A DNA stretch of 64,000 bases from Pseudobdellovibrionaceae bacterium (GTDB lineage: Bacteria > Bdellovibrionota > Bdellovibrionia > Bdellovibrionales > UBA1609): contig JAAOIK010000035.1 of assembly GCA_015163855.1 (NCBI GenBank), forward strand, positions 895 through 64,894, read 5' to 3'. The position numbers and the translations under genes are program-made. Shown here in pieces: positions 45,609 to 55,661 of the stretch; position 1 is the stretch's first letter; each line of letters begins with the position of its first letter. The notes beneath the pieces were generated by a model that did not search any database, was not told the DNA's origin, and was given only the letters and a program-made list of their open reading frames with translations.

Positions 45609-45929
45609 ATGGCCACTCAAAAAATTCGTATGAAGCTATGCGCCTTTGATCATAAATTATTAGATCAAGCCACTCAAGAAATTGTAGAAACCACTCGAAG
45701 AACGGGAGCTCGCATGGCTGGGCCTATTCCGTTACCTACAAAAATTAATCGCTACACGGTATTGCGCTCTCCCCATGTGGATAAAAAATCTAGAGAACAG
45801 TTTGAAATTAGAACGCATAAGCGATTATTAGATGTTTTAGAACCTACCCCCCAAACTATTGATCAGTTAATGAAGTTAGATTTATCCACTGGAGTAGATG
45901 TGGAAATCAAGTTAATGGAAGGGGCTTAA
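45609..45929 (+). CDS. rpsJ: 30S ribosomal protein S10
   Basis: [10 protein letters not shown]...GPIPLPT...[16 protein letters not shown]. First gene of the S10 operon. Confidence 0.97.
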   Translation: MATQKIRMKLCAFDHKLLDQATQEIVETTRRTGARMAGPIPLPTKINRYTVLRSPHVDKKSREQFEIRTHKRLLDVLEPTPQTIDQLMKLDLSTGVDVEIKLMEGA

Positions 45930-45949
45930 TTACAATTTAAAAGGAAAAT

Positions 45950-46852
45950 ATGTCCAACGAAAATCCAAAAAATCAAAAAGAAGAAGCATCTAAAGTAGAA
46001 AAGCCAGAAGAGGCTAAAGCTAAAGCTAAAACTCCTCAAAAAGAAGCTAAAAAAGTAGAAGCTAAAACAGAAACTCCTCAAAAAGAAGCTTCTAAAAAAG
46101 AAACTCCTCAAAAAGAAGCTCCTAAAACAGAAGCTAAAAAAGTAGAGGCTAAAACAGAAACTCCTAAAAAAGAAGAAACTCCTCAAGCAGAAGAAGATGC
46201 TAAAGTAGAAGTAAAAGACAAAAACAGCGTGGAGCTTCAAGGCTTGTTTGCTGTAAAAAAAGGAATGTCTTCGGTTTACGATGAACAGGGAAAAAGAATT
46301 CCTGTTACGGTTTTAAAGTATGACCCATTAGTGGTTTCTCAAGTTAAGTCTAAAGACAAAGAGGGTTACGCTGCGGTTCAGGTGGCTAGCAAGGAGCGCA
46401 CTTTGGCTTCTACCAATAAAGCTTGCGAGGGGCATTTTAAAAAATCGGGTTTTCAAAGAGGCGCTAAGTGGTCTAGAGAAATTCGTCAAAGCTTGCCCGA
46501 CGGAGTTACTGTGGGACAAAAAGTGTCTATTAGTAGCTTGTCAAAAGGGGACACAGTAAAAATGACAGGCCGTTCAAAGGGTCGTGGTTTTTCTGGTGTG
46601 GTAAAACGATGGGGTTTTGCTGGTGGACCGGCTTCTCATGGTTCTCGTTTTCAAAGAGGCACAGGATCTATTGGTCAGTGTACCTTTCCTGGTCGAGTAA
46701 TGAAGGGAAGAAAAATGCCAGGCCGTTATGGTTTTGAAACTATAACTCGAAATACTCAAGTGGTGGATGTGCTACCTGAACAAAATGCAATATTACTTAA
46801 AGGCGCAGTGCCTGGATCGGTAAATAGTTTAATTCAATTGATGAAGGTATAA
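45950..46852 (+). CDS. rplC: 50S ribosomal protein L3 with a ~96-aa N-terminal K/E/A/P-rich repeat extension
   Basis: The canonical L3 sequence starts near LQGLFAVKKGMSSVYD and contains FAGGPASHGS. Upstream of it lie EAKKVEAKTETP(Q/K)KE repeats. Confidence 0.93.
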   Translation: MSNENPKNQKEEASKVEKPEEAKAKAKTPQKEAKKVEAKTETPQKEASKKETPQKEAPKTEAKKVEAKTETPKKEETPQAEEDAKVEVKDKNSVELQGLFAVKKGMSSVYDEQGKRIPVTVLKYDPLVVSQVKSKDKEGYAAVQVASKERTLASTNKACEGHFKKSGFQRGAKWSREIRQSLPDGVTVGQKVSISSLSKGDTVKMTGRSKGRGFSGVVKRWGFAGGPASHGSRFQRGTGSIGQCTFPGRVMKGRKMPGRYGFETITRNTQVVDVLPEQNAILLKGAVPGSVNSLIQLMKV

Positions 46853-46855
46853 GTT

Positions 46856-47485
46856 ATGGCAAAATTGAAAGTATTAAAATGGGATAAAACAGAAGCAGGA
46901 AGCGTAAGCCTTTCTGAAGATATATTTACTTCTCCTATTCGAGAAGATTTAATGCATCAGGTGGTGCGTTGGCAATTAGCTTGTCGTAGACAAGGTACTC
47001 ACCAAGCCAAAACGCGATCAGAAGTACGAGGTGGTGGAGCCAAACCTTTTAAACAAAAAGGAACTGGTCGTGCAAGACAAGGTTCTTCTCGTTCTCCTAT
47101 TTTAAGGGGAGGGGCAGTGGTTCATGGCCCAAGACCAAGAGACTATTCTTATGCTTTACCAAAAAAAGTTAAGCAATTGGCTTTAAAATCTGCATTATCT
47201 TATTTGTTTGCTAGTAAGAAAGTAATAGTAATAGATTCTTTATCCTCTGATGGAGGAAAAACTAAAGAATTAGCAAAACGATTTGCCGATTTTGGTTTAA
47301 AAAAAGCGGTTTTAGTTGATAGCAAAGAAACGCCTTTATTTAAACAAGCAGTAAATAATTTATACCACTTTTGTTATTACTCTACTCAAGGGGTGAATGT
47401 GTATGATTTATTAAAATACGACACTTTAGTTTTAACTAAAAATGCTGTGGAAGGAATTTACACAAGATGTGGGGTGGCTCAATGA
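46856..47485 (+). CDS. rplD: 50S ribosomal protein L4
   Basis: RGGGAKPFKQKGTGRARQGS. Synteny. Confidence 0.96.
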   Translation: MAKLKVLKWDKTEAGSVSLSEDIFTSPIREDLMHQVVRWQLACRRQGTHQAKTRSEVRGGGAKPFKQKGTGRARQGSSRSPILRGGAVVHGPRPRDYSYALPKKVKQLALKSALSYLFASKKVIVIDSLSSDGGKTKELAKRFADFGLKKAVLVDSKETPLFKQAVNNLYHFCYYSTQGVNVYDLLKYDTLVLTKNAVEGIYTRCGVAQ

Positions 47486-47766
47486 ATTTAACAAAAATAA
47501 TAAAAAAACCACTTTTAACAGAAAAAACAACAGCTTTATCGTCTAAGTCCATTCACGCTTTTAAAGTCGATAAAGACGCGACTAAGTTAGAAATTAAAGA
47601 CGCTATTGAATATTATTTTAAAGTAAAAGTGGCTTCGGTAAACACTTTAACGGGTCGAAACAAACCTAAGCGCACAGCAAAGGGAATTGTTCCTGCAAAG
47701 TATTACAAAAAAGCAATGGTTAAATTAAAACCGGGTGAAAAAATAGCCCTTTTTGAGGGAGTTTAA
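47482..47766 (+). CDS. rplW: 50S ribosomal protein L23
   Basis: The ATG at 47482 overlaps the rplD TGA (ATGA). [15 protein letters not shown] is a typical L23 N-terminus. The tracked start at 47467 is less likely. Confidence 0.93.
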   Translation: MNLTKIIKKPLLTEKTTALSSKSIHAFKVDKDATKLEIKDAIEYYFKVKVASVNTLTGRNKPKRTAKGIVPAKYYKKAMVKLKPGEKIALFEGV

Positions 47767-47768
47767 GC

Positions 47769-48602
47769 ATGGGTTTTAAGATATATAAACCAACATCTCC
47801 TGGTCGTCGTAATCAAACGGGTTTTGATTTTTCAGAAATTACAAAATCCGTTCCCGAAAAAGGTTTGACCACGGCTTTATCTAAAAAAGCAGGCCGTAGT
47901 AACACGGGCCGTATTTCTATGCGCCATCATGGTGGTGGACACAAAAGACGCTATCGTATTATTGATTTTAAGCGTAATAAAATTAATATTCCTGCTCGCG
48001 TGGCCTCTATTGAATATGATCCTAACAGAAGTGCTCACATTGCTTTACTTCATTATAAAGATGGAGAAAAAGCCTATATTTTATCTCCAGTGGGTTTGAC
48101 AGTGGGAGAAGATATTATTTCTGCAGACTCTGTAGTTAGTGCAGATATTAAACCAGGCAACAGTTTACCTTTAAAAGAAATTCCCACAGGAACTTTAATT
48201 CATGGTGTGGAATTAAAACCAGGAAAGGGTGCGCAAATAGCCAGAGGAGCTGGGGTTACTGCAGTGTTAGTGGCTAAATCAGAAGACTATTGTCAGGTTC
48301 AACTACCTTCTCAGGAAGTAAGAAAAGTTTTGTCTGTTTGTAGAGCAACTATTGGACAAGTGGGTAATGCCGAGTACAGCAATATTAAATGGGGAAAAGC
48401 AGGCCGTAGTCGTTGGAGGGGTATTCGTCCTTCTGTTCGAGGAATGGCAATGAACCCTATTGATCACCCATTAGGTGGTGGTGAGGGAGTGGGTAAAGGA
48501 AATCATCCTGTGACTCCTTGGGGTAAGCCTTGTAAAGGTTTTAAAACAAGAAATAACAAACGAACAGATTCTATGATTATTCGTAGACGCAAAAAGAAAT
48601 AG
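47769..48602 (+). CDS. rplB: 50S ribosomal protein L2
   Basis: [11 protein letters not shown] and [16 protein letters not shown]. Confidence 0.98.
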   Translation: MGFKIYKPTSPGRRNQTGFDFSEITKSVPEKGLTTALSKKAGRSNTGRISMRHHGGGHKRRYRIIDFKRNKINIPARVASIEYDPNRSAHIALLHYKDGEKAYILSPVGLTVGEDIISADSVVSADIKPGNSLPLKEIPTGTLIHGVELKPGKGAQIARGAGVTAVLVAKSEDYCQVQLPSQEVRKVLSVCRATIGQVGNAEYSNIKWGKAGRSRWRGIRPSVRGMAMNPIDHPLGGGEGVGKGNHPVTPWGKPCKGFKTRNNKRTDSMIIRRRKKK

Positions 48603-48610
48603 GGGAATAA

Positions 48611-48874
48611 ATGGCTCGTTCAGTAAAAAAAGGTCCTTTTGTTGACCATCATTTAGAGAAAAAAATTCAAATAGCTATTGAAACTGGCGATAAAAAAGTT
48701 ATTAAAACTTGGTCTCGTCGCTCTACTATTACTCCCGATGCAGTGAACTTAACCTTTGCTGTTCATAATGGAAAAAAGTTTATTCCTGTTTTTGTAACAG
48801 AAGGAATGATTGGTCAAAAATTTGGTGAATTCTCTTTAACAAGAACCTACAAAGGTCACAATAAGAAAAAGTAG
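48611..48874 (+). CDS. rpsS: 30S ribosomal protein S19
   Basis: [12 protein letters not shown]...HNGKKFIPV. Confidence 0.97.
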   Translation: MARSVKKGPFVDHHLEKKIQIAIETGDKKVIKTWSRRSTITPDAVNLTFAVHNGKKFIPVFVTEGMIGQKFGEFSLTRTYKGHNKKK

Positions 48875-48883
48875 AGGTTAAAA

Positions 48884-49216
48884 ATGGAAGTAAAAGCGTC
48901 TTTACAGTTTATTAGGGTTGGTGCTCAAAAAGCGCGCTTAATTGCAGATTTAGTAAGAAGTAAGGGAATAAACGAAGCTTTAAAAATTGTTTCGTTTATG
49001 CCTCAAAAGTCTGCAGGCTTAATTAAAAATTTATTAGAATCTGCTGTGGCCAACGCAGAAGATAAAAAAACGATTGATGTAGATAATTTATATGTAAAAA
49101 GCATTACTGTGGATCAAGCGGCTTTCTCTAAACGATTTCGCCCAGGTTCTCAAGGAAGAAGTACAATGGTAAAGAAAAAATCTAGTCATATTAAAGTTAT
49201 TTTAGAGGAGAGGTAA
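48884..49216 (+). CDS. rplV: 50S ribosomal protein L22
   Basis: 110 aa. Lies between rpsS and rpsC. ...[12 protein letters not shown]... pattern. Confidence 0.95.
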   Translation: MEVKASLQFIRVGAQKARLIADLVRSKGINEALKIVSFMPQKSAGLIKNLLESAVANAEDKKTIDVDNLYVKSITVDQAAFSKRFRPGSQGRSTMVKKKSSHIKVILEER

Positions 49217-49218
49217 TA

Positions 49219-49878
49219 ATGGGTCAAAAAGTCAATCCAATAGGATTAAGAGTCGGCATTATCAGAACTTGGGAATCTTTATGGTTTTTTAAAGGTTCTA
49301 AGTATACAGAAAATTTACACGAAGATCTTCGTTTAAGAAAATATCTTTTAGATAAATTAAAAAATGCAGCCGTTTCTAAAATAGAAATTTCTAGAGCCGC
49401 ACAAAAAGTAAAATTAACCATTCATTCTGCTCGCCCCGGTGTAGTTATCGGAAAAAAAGGAGCGGGTATTGATCTTTTAAAAGCCGAAATTCAAAAGAAA
49501 ACAAAAAATGAAGTTTATCTTAGTATTCAAGAAATTCGTAAGCCCGATATTGATGCTCAATTAGTGGCACAAAGCATAGCTGATCAACTAGAGAAAAGAG
49601 TTTTTTGGCGTCGTTGCTTAAAAAAATCTTTATCTTCTGCTCTTAGAGGGGGAGTTAAAGGAATTAAAATTATGATTAGTGGTCGTTTAGACGGAGCAGA
49701 AATTGCTCGTTCCGAATGGTATAGTGAAAAAAGTGTTCCTCTTCATACTTTGCGTGCAGATATTGACTATGGCACAGCAGAAGCTTTAACCACTTATGGA
49801 ATTATTGGAATTAAAGTATGGATTTATAAAGGGGATATTTTAAGTAATAAACAAGCTGGGGAGGCTAGTAATGCTTAG
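49219..49878 (+). CDS. rpsC: 30S ribosomal protein S3
   Basis: [15 protein letters not shown] domain with GVVIGKKG. Confidence 0.97.
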   Translation: MGQKVNPIGLRVGIIRTWESLWFFKGSKYTENLHEDLRLRKYLLDKLKNAAVSKIEISRAAQKVKLTIHSARPGVVIGKKGAGIDLLKAEIQKKTKNEVYLSIQEIRKPDIDAQLVAQSIADQLEKRVFWRRCLKKSLSSALRGGVKGIKIMISGRLDGAEIARSEWYSEKSVPLHTLRADIDYGTAEALTTYGIIGIKVWIYKGDILSNKQAGEASNA

Positions 49879-50278
49879 TCCAAAGCGAGTAAAATGGCGC
49901 CGTCAGCACCGCGGACATTATAGAGGCTTTGCTTATAAAGGCAGCAGTTTAACTTTTGGTGATTACGGTTTGGCAGTTATGGAATCAGGAAGATTAACTA
50001 GTCGACAAATCGAAGCGGCTCGTATTGCTATTAACCGTCACATGAAAAGAATAGGTAAATTATGGATTTGTGTTTTTCCAGATCGACCAGTAACTAAAAA
50101 GCCTGCAGAAGTTCGTATGGGTTCTGGTAAAGGGGCTCCTGATTATTGGGCAGCTAAAGTAAAACCTGGTCGTATTATTTATGAAATTAGCGGAGTGAAT
50201 GAAGAAGTGGCTAAAGAAGCTTTACGCTTAGCTGCTCATAAACTTCCTTTAAAAACAAAAATGGTTGTTAAGCATTAA
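49871..50278 (+). CDS. rplP: 50S ribosomal protein L16
   Basis: [15 protein letters not shown]...RMGSGKG. Confidence 0.97.
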   Translation: MLSPKRVKWRRQHRGHYRGFAYKGSSLTFGDYGLAVMESGRLTSRQIEAARIAINRHMKRIGKLWICVFPDRPVTKKPAEVRMGSGKGAPDYWAAKVKPGRIIYEISGVNEEVAKEALRLAAHKLPLKTKMVVKH

Positions 50279-50293
50279 GCGACGAGGGTATTT

Positions 50294-50479
50294 ATGAAAT
50301 TTAAAGACATTAAAAATTTAGACATTGTAGAGTTAGTACAAAAAATTAAAAAAGAAAAAGAAGATTTATTTAACAATAAAATGAAGCATAGTTTAGGACA
50401 GTTAGAAAACCCTTTAGTAATAAGAAAAATTCGTAAAAGTATTGCTAAATTAAAAACAGCTATTACTGCTAAAAAATAG
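50294..50479 (+). CDS. rpmC: 50S ribosomal protein L29
   Basis: 61 aa. Helical. Lies between rplP and rpsQ. Confidence 0.9.
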   Translation: MKFKDIKNLDIVELVQKIKKEKEDLFNNKMKHSLGQLENPLVIRKIRKSIAKLKTAITAKK

Positions 50480-50505
50480 GCGTATTAAGAAAACCAGGAG
50501 AAGTT

Positions 50506-50784
50506 ATGGCAGAAGACAAACAAGTTACCGACGCAAAACCATACAGAAAAAAAATGAGTGTTGTGGGAGAAGTGGTTAGTGACAAAATGGATAAAAGTAT
50601 TTCTGTAAAAGTTTACCGAACGGTAAAACATAAAAAATACCATAAATACACTCGCCTTAGTTCTGTGTTTAAAGCCCATGATGAAAAAAATATGGCTAAA
50701 GCTGGAGACCAAGTAAAAATTATAGAAAGTCGCCCTATAAGTAAAACAAAAAAATGGCGTTTAGTAGAAATATTAGAAAAGTAG
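50506..50784 (+). CDS. rpsQ: 30S ribosomal protein S17
   Basis: GEVVSDKMDKSISVKV...HDEKN. Confidence 0.94.
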   Translation: MAEDKQVTDAKPYRKKMSVVGEVVSDKMDKSISVKVYRTVKHKKYHKYTRLSSVFKAHDEKNMAKAGDQVKIIESRPISKTKKWRLVEILEK

Positions 50785-50805
50785 TAGTTTTTAGGAGATA
50801 ATGAA

Positions 50806-51174
50806 ATGATACAAGTTCAATCAAGATTAGTAGTTGCAGATAATTCTGGTGCCAAAGAAGTTATGTGTATCAAAGTTTTAGGCGGTACGCGAAGACGAGT
50901 AGCCAGTGTTGGCGATATTATTGTTGTGTCTATTAAATCGGCAGCTCCAAAAACAAAAGTAAAAAAAGGAGATGTGGCAAAAGCGGTGGTGGTTAGAACC
51001 ATACATAAAGTGCGCAGAGTAGATGGCAGTTATGTACGCTTTGATGAAAATGCCGCTGTATTAATTAATGCTAACAAAGAGCCTGTGGGAACACGTATTT
51101 TTGGTCCAGTAGCCAGAGAATTAAGAGCGAAAAACTTTTTAAAAATAGCTTCGCTAGCTCCAGAGGTTTTATAA
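50806..51174 (+). CDS. rplN: 50S ribosomal protein L14
   Basis: [17 protein letters not shown]. Confidence 0.98.
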   Translation: MIQVQSRLVVADNSGAKEVMCIKVLGGTRRRVASVGDIIVVSIKSAAPKTKVKKGDVAKAVVVRTIHKVRRVDGSYVRFDENAAVLINANKEPVGTRIFGPVARELRAKNFLKIASLAPEVL

Positions 51175-51192
51175 ATAAATAAAAAGGTTGTT

Positions 51193-51735
51193 ATGAGTTT
51201 ATTACAAGAAAAATATAAAAAAGAAATGATCCCTTCCTTAATGAAAGGTTTGGGTTTTAAAAATATTATGCAGGTGCCACAATTAAAAAGCATCACATTA
51301 AATATGTGTTTAAGCGAGGCAGTTCGTAACCCTAAAGTTTTAGATTTAGCTGCAGAACAGTTAACCGCTATTGCAGGGCAAAAAGCAATAATAACACGAG
51401 CAAAAAAAGCCATTGCCAATTTTAAATTAAGAGAAGGCATGCCATTAGGAGTAAAGGTTACTTTAAGAAAAGAAAATATGTGGAATTTTTTAGAAAAGCT
51501 AATTCATTTTTCTATTCCTAAATCCAAAGATTTTCGTGGTTTATCTAGAAAAGGTTTTGATGGAAGAGGTAATTATAATATGGGAATAATCGAACATATT
51601 ATTTTTTCCGAAATTGATTATGATAAAGTGGATAAGGTAAGAGGATTTAACATTAGCATGGTTACTACAGCAGAAAACGATCAAGAAGGTTTGGCGTTAT
51701 TAGAAGCTTTAGGGTTACCGTTTAAGAAAAAATAA
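51193..51735 (+). CDS. rplE: 50S ribosomal protein L5
   Basis: 180 aa. ...[15 protein letters not shown]...[11 protein letters not shown]. Starts only 18 nt after the rplN stop. Confidence 0.96.
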   Translation: MSLLQEKYKKEMIPSLMKGLGFKNIMQVPQLKSITLNMCLSEAVRNPKVLDLAAEQLTAIAGQKAIITRAKKAIANFKLREGMPLGVKVTLRKENMWNFLEKLIHFSIPKSKDFRGLSRKGFDGRGNYNMGIIEHIIFSEIDYDKVDKVRGFNISMVTTAENDQEGLALLEALGLPFKKK

Positions 51736-51767
51736 GTAAAAGAGATAAATAAAAGAGGGGATTCTCT

Positions 51768-52157
51768 ATGGACACAGTTGGTGATTTTTTAACAAGAATA
51801 AGAAATGCTGGAATGGCAAAACATGAAAGCTTAGATATAGTAAGTTCTAAGTTAAGAGAAGGTATTGCGCAAGTTTTGCATCAGTCTGGTTATATTCGCG
51901 GCTTTAAAGTAGCTAAAGATAAAACGCGTCAATTAATGCGAGTGTACTTACGCTATAACGAAAGTGGCGATCACATGATATGTAAAGTGAAAAGAGTGAG
52001 CAAGCCAGGTTGTCGTGTTTATGTAAAGCAAGATAATATTCCAGAGGTTCGATCGGGGTATGGAATAGTGGTAATGAGCACTAATAAAGGAGTTATGAAC
52101 GGTAAGATAGCTAAAGAGAAAGCCGTTGGTGGCGAAGTGTTATGCCAAGTATGGTAA
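51768..52157 (+). CDS. rpsH: 30S ribosomal protein S8
   Basis: DFLTRIRNA... Starts 32 nt after the rplE stop. Confidence 0.96.
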   Translation: MDTVGDFLTRIRNAGMAKHESLDIVSSKLREGIAQVLHQSGYIRGFKVAKDKTRQLMRVYLRYNESGDHMICKVKRVSKPGCRVYVKQDNIPEVRSGYGIVVMSTNKGVMNGKIAKEKAVGGEVLCQVW

Positions 52158-52199
52158 AATAGTAAATAAGATAAAAAATATAATCAAGAGAGAAACATT

Positions 52200-52745
52200 A
52201 TGTCACGAATAGGAAAAGTACCTATAAAATTAGATAAAGCCAAAGTACAAGTTAGTGTATTAGAAGATAATACCGTTACAATAAAAGGTGCTAAATCCAC
52301 CTTAAATGTTTGGGTAAACCCTCTTATAAAGGTAGATGTTTCTGATACCGAGGTAATTTTACAACGCAGTAACGAAGAAGCAAAAACTAGAGCTTTTCAT
52401 GGTTTGTATCGAACATTAGTTAGTAATGCAATTGCAGGAGTTAGTGACGGATTTTCAAAAACATTAATTTTAAATGGTGTTGGTTATAAATCGGCGGTAA
52501 AAGGGCAAAATTTAGAACTTCATTTAGGTTACAGTCATCCTATTGTTTTTGCTATTCCCAAAGGTATTGAAATTGCCGTAAAAAAACAAACTACTATTGA
52601 AGTTAAGGGTGCAGATAAACAATTAGTAGGACAAGTGGCAGCAAATATTAGAGGCTACAGAAAGCCAGAGCCATTTTTGGGTAAGGGGATTCGTTATAGT
52701 GACGAAGTTATTCGTCGTAAAGCCGGTAAGGCTGCTGGTAAGTAA
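52200..52745 (+). CDS. rplF: 50S ribosomal protein L6
   Basis: MSRIGKVPI...GVGYKS. Confidence 0.96.
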   Translation: MSRIGKVPIKLDKAKVQVSVLEDNTVTIKGAKSTLNVWVNPLIKVDVSDTEVILQRSNEEAKTRAFHGLYRTLVSNAIAGVSDGFSKTLILNGVGYKSAVKGQNLELHLGYSHPIVFAIPKGIEIAVKKQTTIEVKGADKQLVGQVAANIRGYRKPEPFLGKGIRYSDEVIRRKAGKAAGK

Positions 52746-52776
52746 ACCGTTTTAAGAAAAAGAGAAGGGAAAAGTT

Positions 52777-53151
52777 ATGAGAGTTACATTTATAAAAAGC
52801 ACTGCAAAGAAAGTAATTAAGCGTTTAAAAGCTCGTGTGCGTATTCGTAAAAAAATTTCAGGCACTGCCGAAGTTCCTCGTTTAGCAGTGTTTAAAAGCA
52901 ATAAATTTATTACCGCTCAACTAATTGACGACCAAAAAGGTATTACCTTAGTCTCTTATAGTTCTAAGTTAATTGATAAAAAAGCCATTGCTAAATCCAT
53001 AGAAATGAGTAAAAAAGTGGGGTTAACTTTGGGGCAAAAAGCCTTAAATCAAAATATTAAAAATGTAGTATTTGATCGTAGTGGTTATAGGTTTCACGGC
53101 AGAGTAAAGTCTTTAGCCGAAGGTGCAAGAGAATCGGGTTTAAAATTTTAA
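52777..53151 (+). CDS. rplR: 50S ribosomal protein L18
   Basis: ...PRLAVFKSNKFITAQLIDD...FDRSGYRFHGRVKSLAEGARE. Confidence 0.94.
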   Translation: MRVTFIKSTAKKVIKRLKARVRIRKKISGTAEVPRLAVFKSNKFITAQLIDDQKGITLVSYSSKLIDKKAIAKSIEMSKKVGLTLGQKALNQNIKNVVFDRSGYRFHGRVKSLAEGARESGLKF

Positions 53152-53169
53152 ATCATTAAAAGAGGTAAT

Positions 53170-53631
53170 ATGAGTCAAACAGTAGAATTTAGAGAAAGAG
53201 TAGTTACCATTAATCGCGTGGCTAAAGTGGTAAAGGGAGGCCGTAGGTTTTCTTTTTTAGCTTTAGTTGTAGTGGGTGACGGTGAGGGCAGTGTTGGTTT
53301 CGGAACAGGAAAGGCAAAAGAAGTTCCCGAAGCTATTAAAAAAGCATCAGCAGCTGCAAAAAAATCTTTCCAAAAAATTGAATTAAAAGATAATCGTACT
53401 ATTCCACACGAAGTAGTAGGTACTTTTGGAGCAGCCAAAGTGATTTTAATTCCAGCATCAGAAGGAACAGGAGTTATTGCTGGTGGAGCAGTTCGTGCTA
53501 TTTTAGAAACTTTAGGCATTAAAGATATTTTAACAAAATGTATTGGTAGAACTGCACCGGGCAATGCAGTGCGGGCAACATTAGATGGGTTGTCTCAATT
53601 AGTACAATCTAGTCCAGAAATGATTCAATAA
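53170..53631 (+). CDS. rpsE: 30S ribosomal protein S5
   Basis: [16 protein letters not shown]...VGDG.G.VGFG.GKA.EV. Confidence 0.96.
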   Translation: MSQTVEFRERVVTINRVAKVVKGGRRFSFLALVVVGDGEGSVGFGTGKAKEVPEAIKKASAAAKKSFQKIELKDNRTIPHEVVGTFGAAKVILIPASEGTGVIAGGAVRAILETLGIKDILTKCIGRTAPGNAVRATLDGLSQLVQSSPEMIQ

Positions 53632-53643
53632 ACGAGGAATAAA

Positions 53644-53835
53644 ATGGCAAAACGATTTTTTAAAGTAAAACAAAAAAGAAGCTCCATCGGGTCTACACTA
53701 AAGCAAAAAGAAGCTTTAAGGTGTTTGGGTTTGCGACGACCTCACCATGAAGTTCAAGTTATAGATAACCCCGCTATGCGTGGACAAATTTTAAAAGTAC
53801 AACATTTAGTAGAAGTGTCTGTGGAGGGAAAATAG
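53644..53835 (+). CDS. rpmD: 50S ribosomal protein L30
   Basis: 63 aa. KRSSIGSTLKQKEALRCLGLRR. Lies between rpsE and rplO. Confidence 0.9.
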   Translation: MAKRFFKVKQKRSSIGSTLKQKEALRCLGLRRPHHEVQVIDNPAMRGQILKVQHLVEVSVEGK

Positions 53836-53836
53836 T

Positions 53837-54274
53837 ATGAGTTTATTAAAAGATTTAAAACCAGCACCAGGGTCGAACCCAACAAAAGTGCGTTCTGGTC
53901 GTGGTCGTGGCTCTCGTTTGGGTCGCCGTTGCGGTAAGGGAAATAAGGGACAAAAAGCTCGTGCAGGGGGAGGTATTCCTGCAGGATTTGAGGGTGGACA
54001 AATGCCTATGGCTCGTCGCCTTCCTAAATTTGGTTTTACTAACCAAATGTTTAAAGTGACTTATGAAATAGTTAACCTTGATCAGTTAGAAAAATTAGAA
54101 GGAGAAGTAACTCCAGAAGTTTTAAAAGCTGCAGGTATTGTAAACCAAAGGAAAAAGGTAAAAATTTTAGCCCGCGGAACTTTAACCAAAGCTTTAAATA
54201 TTAAAGCGCATAAGTGGAGTGCAAAGGCAGAAGAATTAGTAAAAAAATCTGGCGGAACAATTACCGCCTGTTAG
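53837..54274 (+). CDS. rplO: 50S ribosomal protein L15
   Basis: RSGRGRGS..GRRCGKGNKGQKARAGG. Confidence 0.95.
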   Translation: MSLLKDLKPAPGSNPTKVRSGRGRGSRLGRRCGKGNKGQKARAGGGIPAGFEGGQMPMARRLPKFGFTNQMFKVTYEIVNLDQLEKLEGEVTPEVLKAAGIVNQRKKVKILARGTLTKALNIKAHKWSAKAEELVKKSGGTITAC

Positions 54275-54353
54275 TTTATAATTCAATTTTTCAAAGTTTT
54301 TTTATTAAGCAACAAGACATACAAAATTAAGGTGATGGGGAGAAATAATATTT

Positions 54354-55661
54354 ATGAGTGTAGCAAAATTTAGCATTCCAGAAGAGTTAACTCGCCGTAT
54401 TTTATTTACTATACTTGGTTTAGTAATTTATCGCTTGGGCGTAGCCATTCCCACACCAGGCATTGATGCTGCGGCTGTGTTAGGGTTTTTTCAGTCACAA
54501 AGCGGTGGTATTTTTGGTATGTTTAACACCTTTACTGGTGGAGCTTTATCGCGTTTTAGTATTTTTGCACTAGGGATTATGCCTTACATTTCGGCATCGA
54601 TTATTTTTCAACTATTACAATCTTCGGTTCCCGCATTAGAGGCTTTGTCTAAAGAAGGTGATGCAGGAAGAAAAAAAATTAATCAATACACTCGCTATGC
54701 TACTTTATTATTGGCTGTAGTTCAGGGTTATGCCATTTCTACATGGTTATTAAATTCTAATAATCAAGGGCAAGCCTTGGTAAAGTATGCCATGTTTGGC
54801 CCCTTACCCTTTCAAGTAGTAGCTGTAATTACTTTAGCTGCGGGAACTTGTTTTTTAATGTGGTTGGGTGATCAAATGACAGAAAAAGGCATTGGTAATG
54901 GTATTAGTATGATCATTTTTGCCAGCATCGCTGCAGGAATTCCGAGTGGTGCTATAAGTTTATGGCAAATGTTATCCAATGGCGATTTAAATACAGTTAC
55001 TGGCTTAGTCTTACTTGTAGGTATGGTGGCAATTATTGCTTTTATTATTTTTATTGAAACAGGGCAAAGACGAATTACCATTCAATATTCTCAAAGAACT
55101 CAAGGCAATCAACAGCAAGCTAGTTATTTGCCATTAAAATTAAATTTTGCAGGGGTAATTCCTCCCATTTTTGCGTCTAGTTTATTATTGTTTCCTGCAA
55201 CCATTACGCAATTTTCTGATGCTCCATGGTTAAAAACATTGCAACAAACCTTATCTCCATCGGGGTCGTTATATAATATTTTATTTATTGGTTTGGTGGT
55301 TTTTTTCTGTTTCTTTTATACAGAAATGGCCTTTAAACCCAATGATGTAGCCGATAATTTAAAGAAAAGTGGTGGGTTTGTGCCTGGTATTCGGGCAGGA
55401 AAAAACACGGCCAGTTATATTCAAAAAGTTTTAGATCGATTAACTGTTAGTGGTGCTATTTATTTAAGTTTTATTTGCGTACTTCCCACAATGCTAATTA
55501 ATAAAATTGGATTGCCTTTTTATTTTGGAGGAACCAGTTTGTTGATTTTAGTAGGAGTGGCGATTGATACTTTACAACAAATTCAATCGCATTTAATTTC
55601 TGCAAAATATGACGGAATGGGTTCTGCTGTTAAAATTAAAAGTCGGAGAGTTCGTTATTAG
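54354..55661 (+). CDS. secY: Preprotein translocase subunit SecY
   Basis: Ten TM segments. LGIMPYISASII. Follows rplO. Confidence 0.96.
   Translation: MSVAKFSIPEELTRRILFTILGLVIYRLGVAIPTPGIDAAAVLGFFQSQSGGIFGMFNTFTGGALSRFSIFALGIMPYISASIIFQLLQSSVPALEALSKEGDAGRKKINQYTRYATLLLAVVQGYAISTWLLNSNNQGQALVKYAMFGPLPFQVVAVITLAAGTCFLMWLGDQMTEKGIGNGISMIIFASIAAGIPSGAISLWQMLSNGDLNTVTGLVLLVGMVAIIAFIIFIETGQRRITIQYSQRTQGNQQQASYLPLKLNFAGVIPPIFASSLLLFPATITQFSDAPWLKTLQQTLSPSGSLYNILFIGLVVFFCFFYTEMAFKPNDVADNLKKSGGFVPGIRAGKNTASYIQKVLDRLTVSGAIYLSFICVLPTMLINKIGLPFYFGGTSLLILVGVAIDTLQQIQSHLISAKYDGMGSAVKIKSRRVRY

Noticed and set aside
45384-46240. Minus-strand ORFs 45384-45620 (in the S10 leader) and 45926-46240 (opposite the L3 repeat extension).
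   Set aside because: They have no SD and implausible Phe/Ser/Leu-rich sequence. They lie antisense to a highly expressed operon and are generated by AT-rich or repeat DNA.
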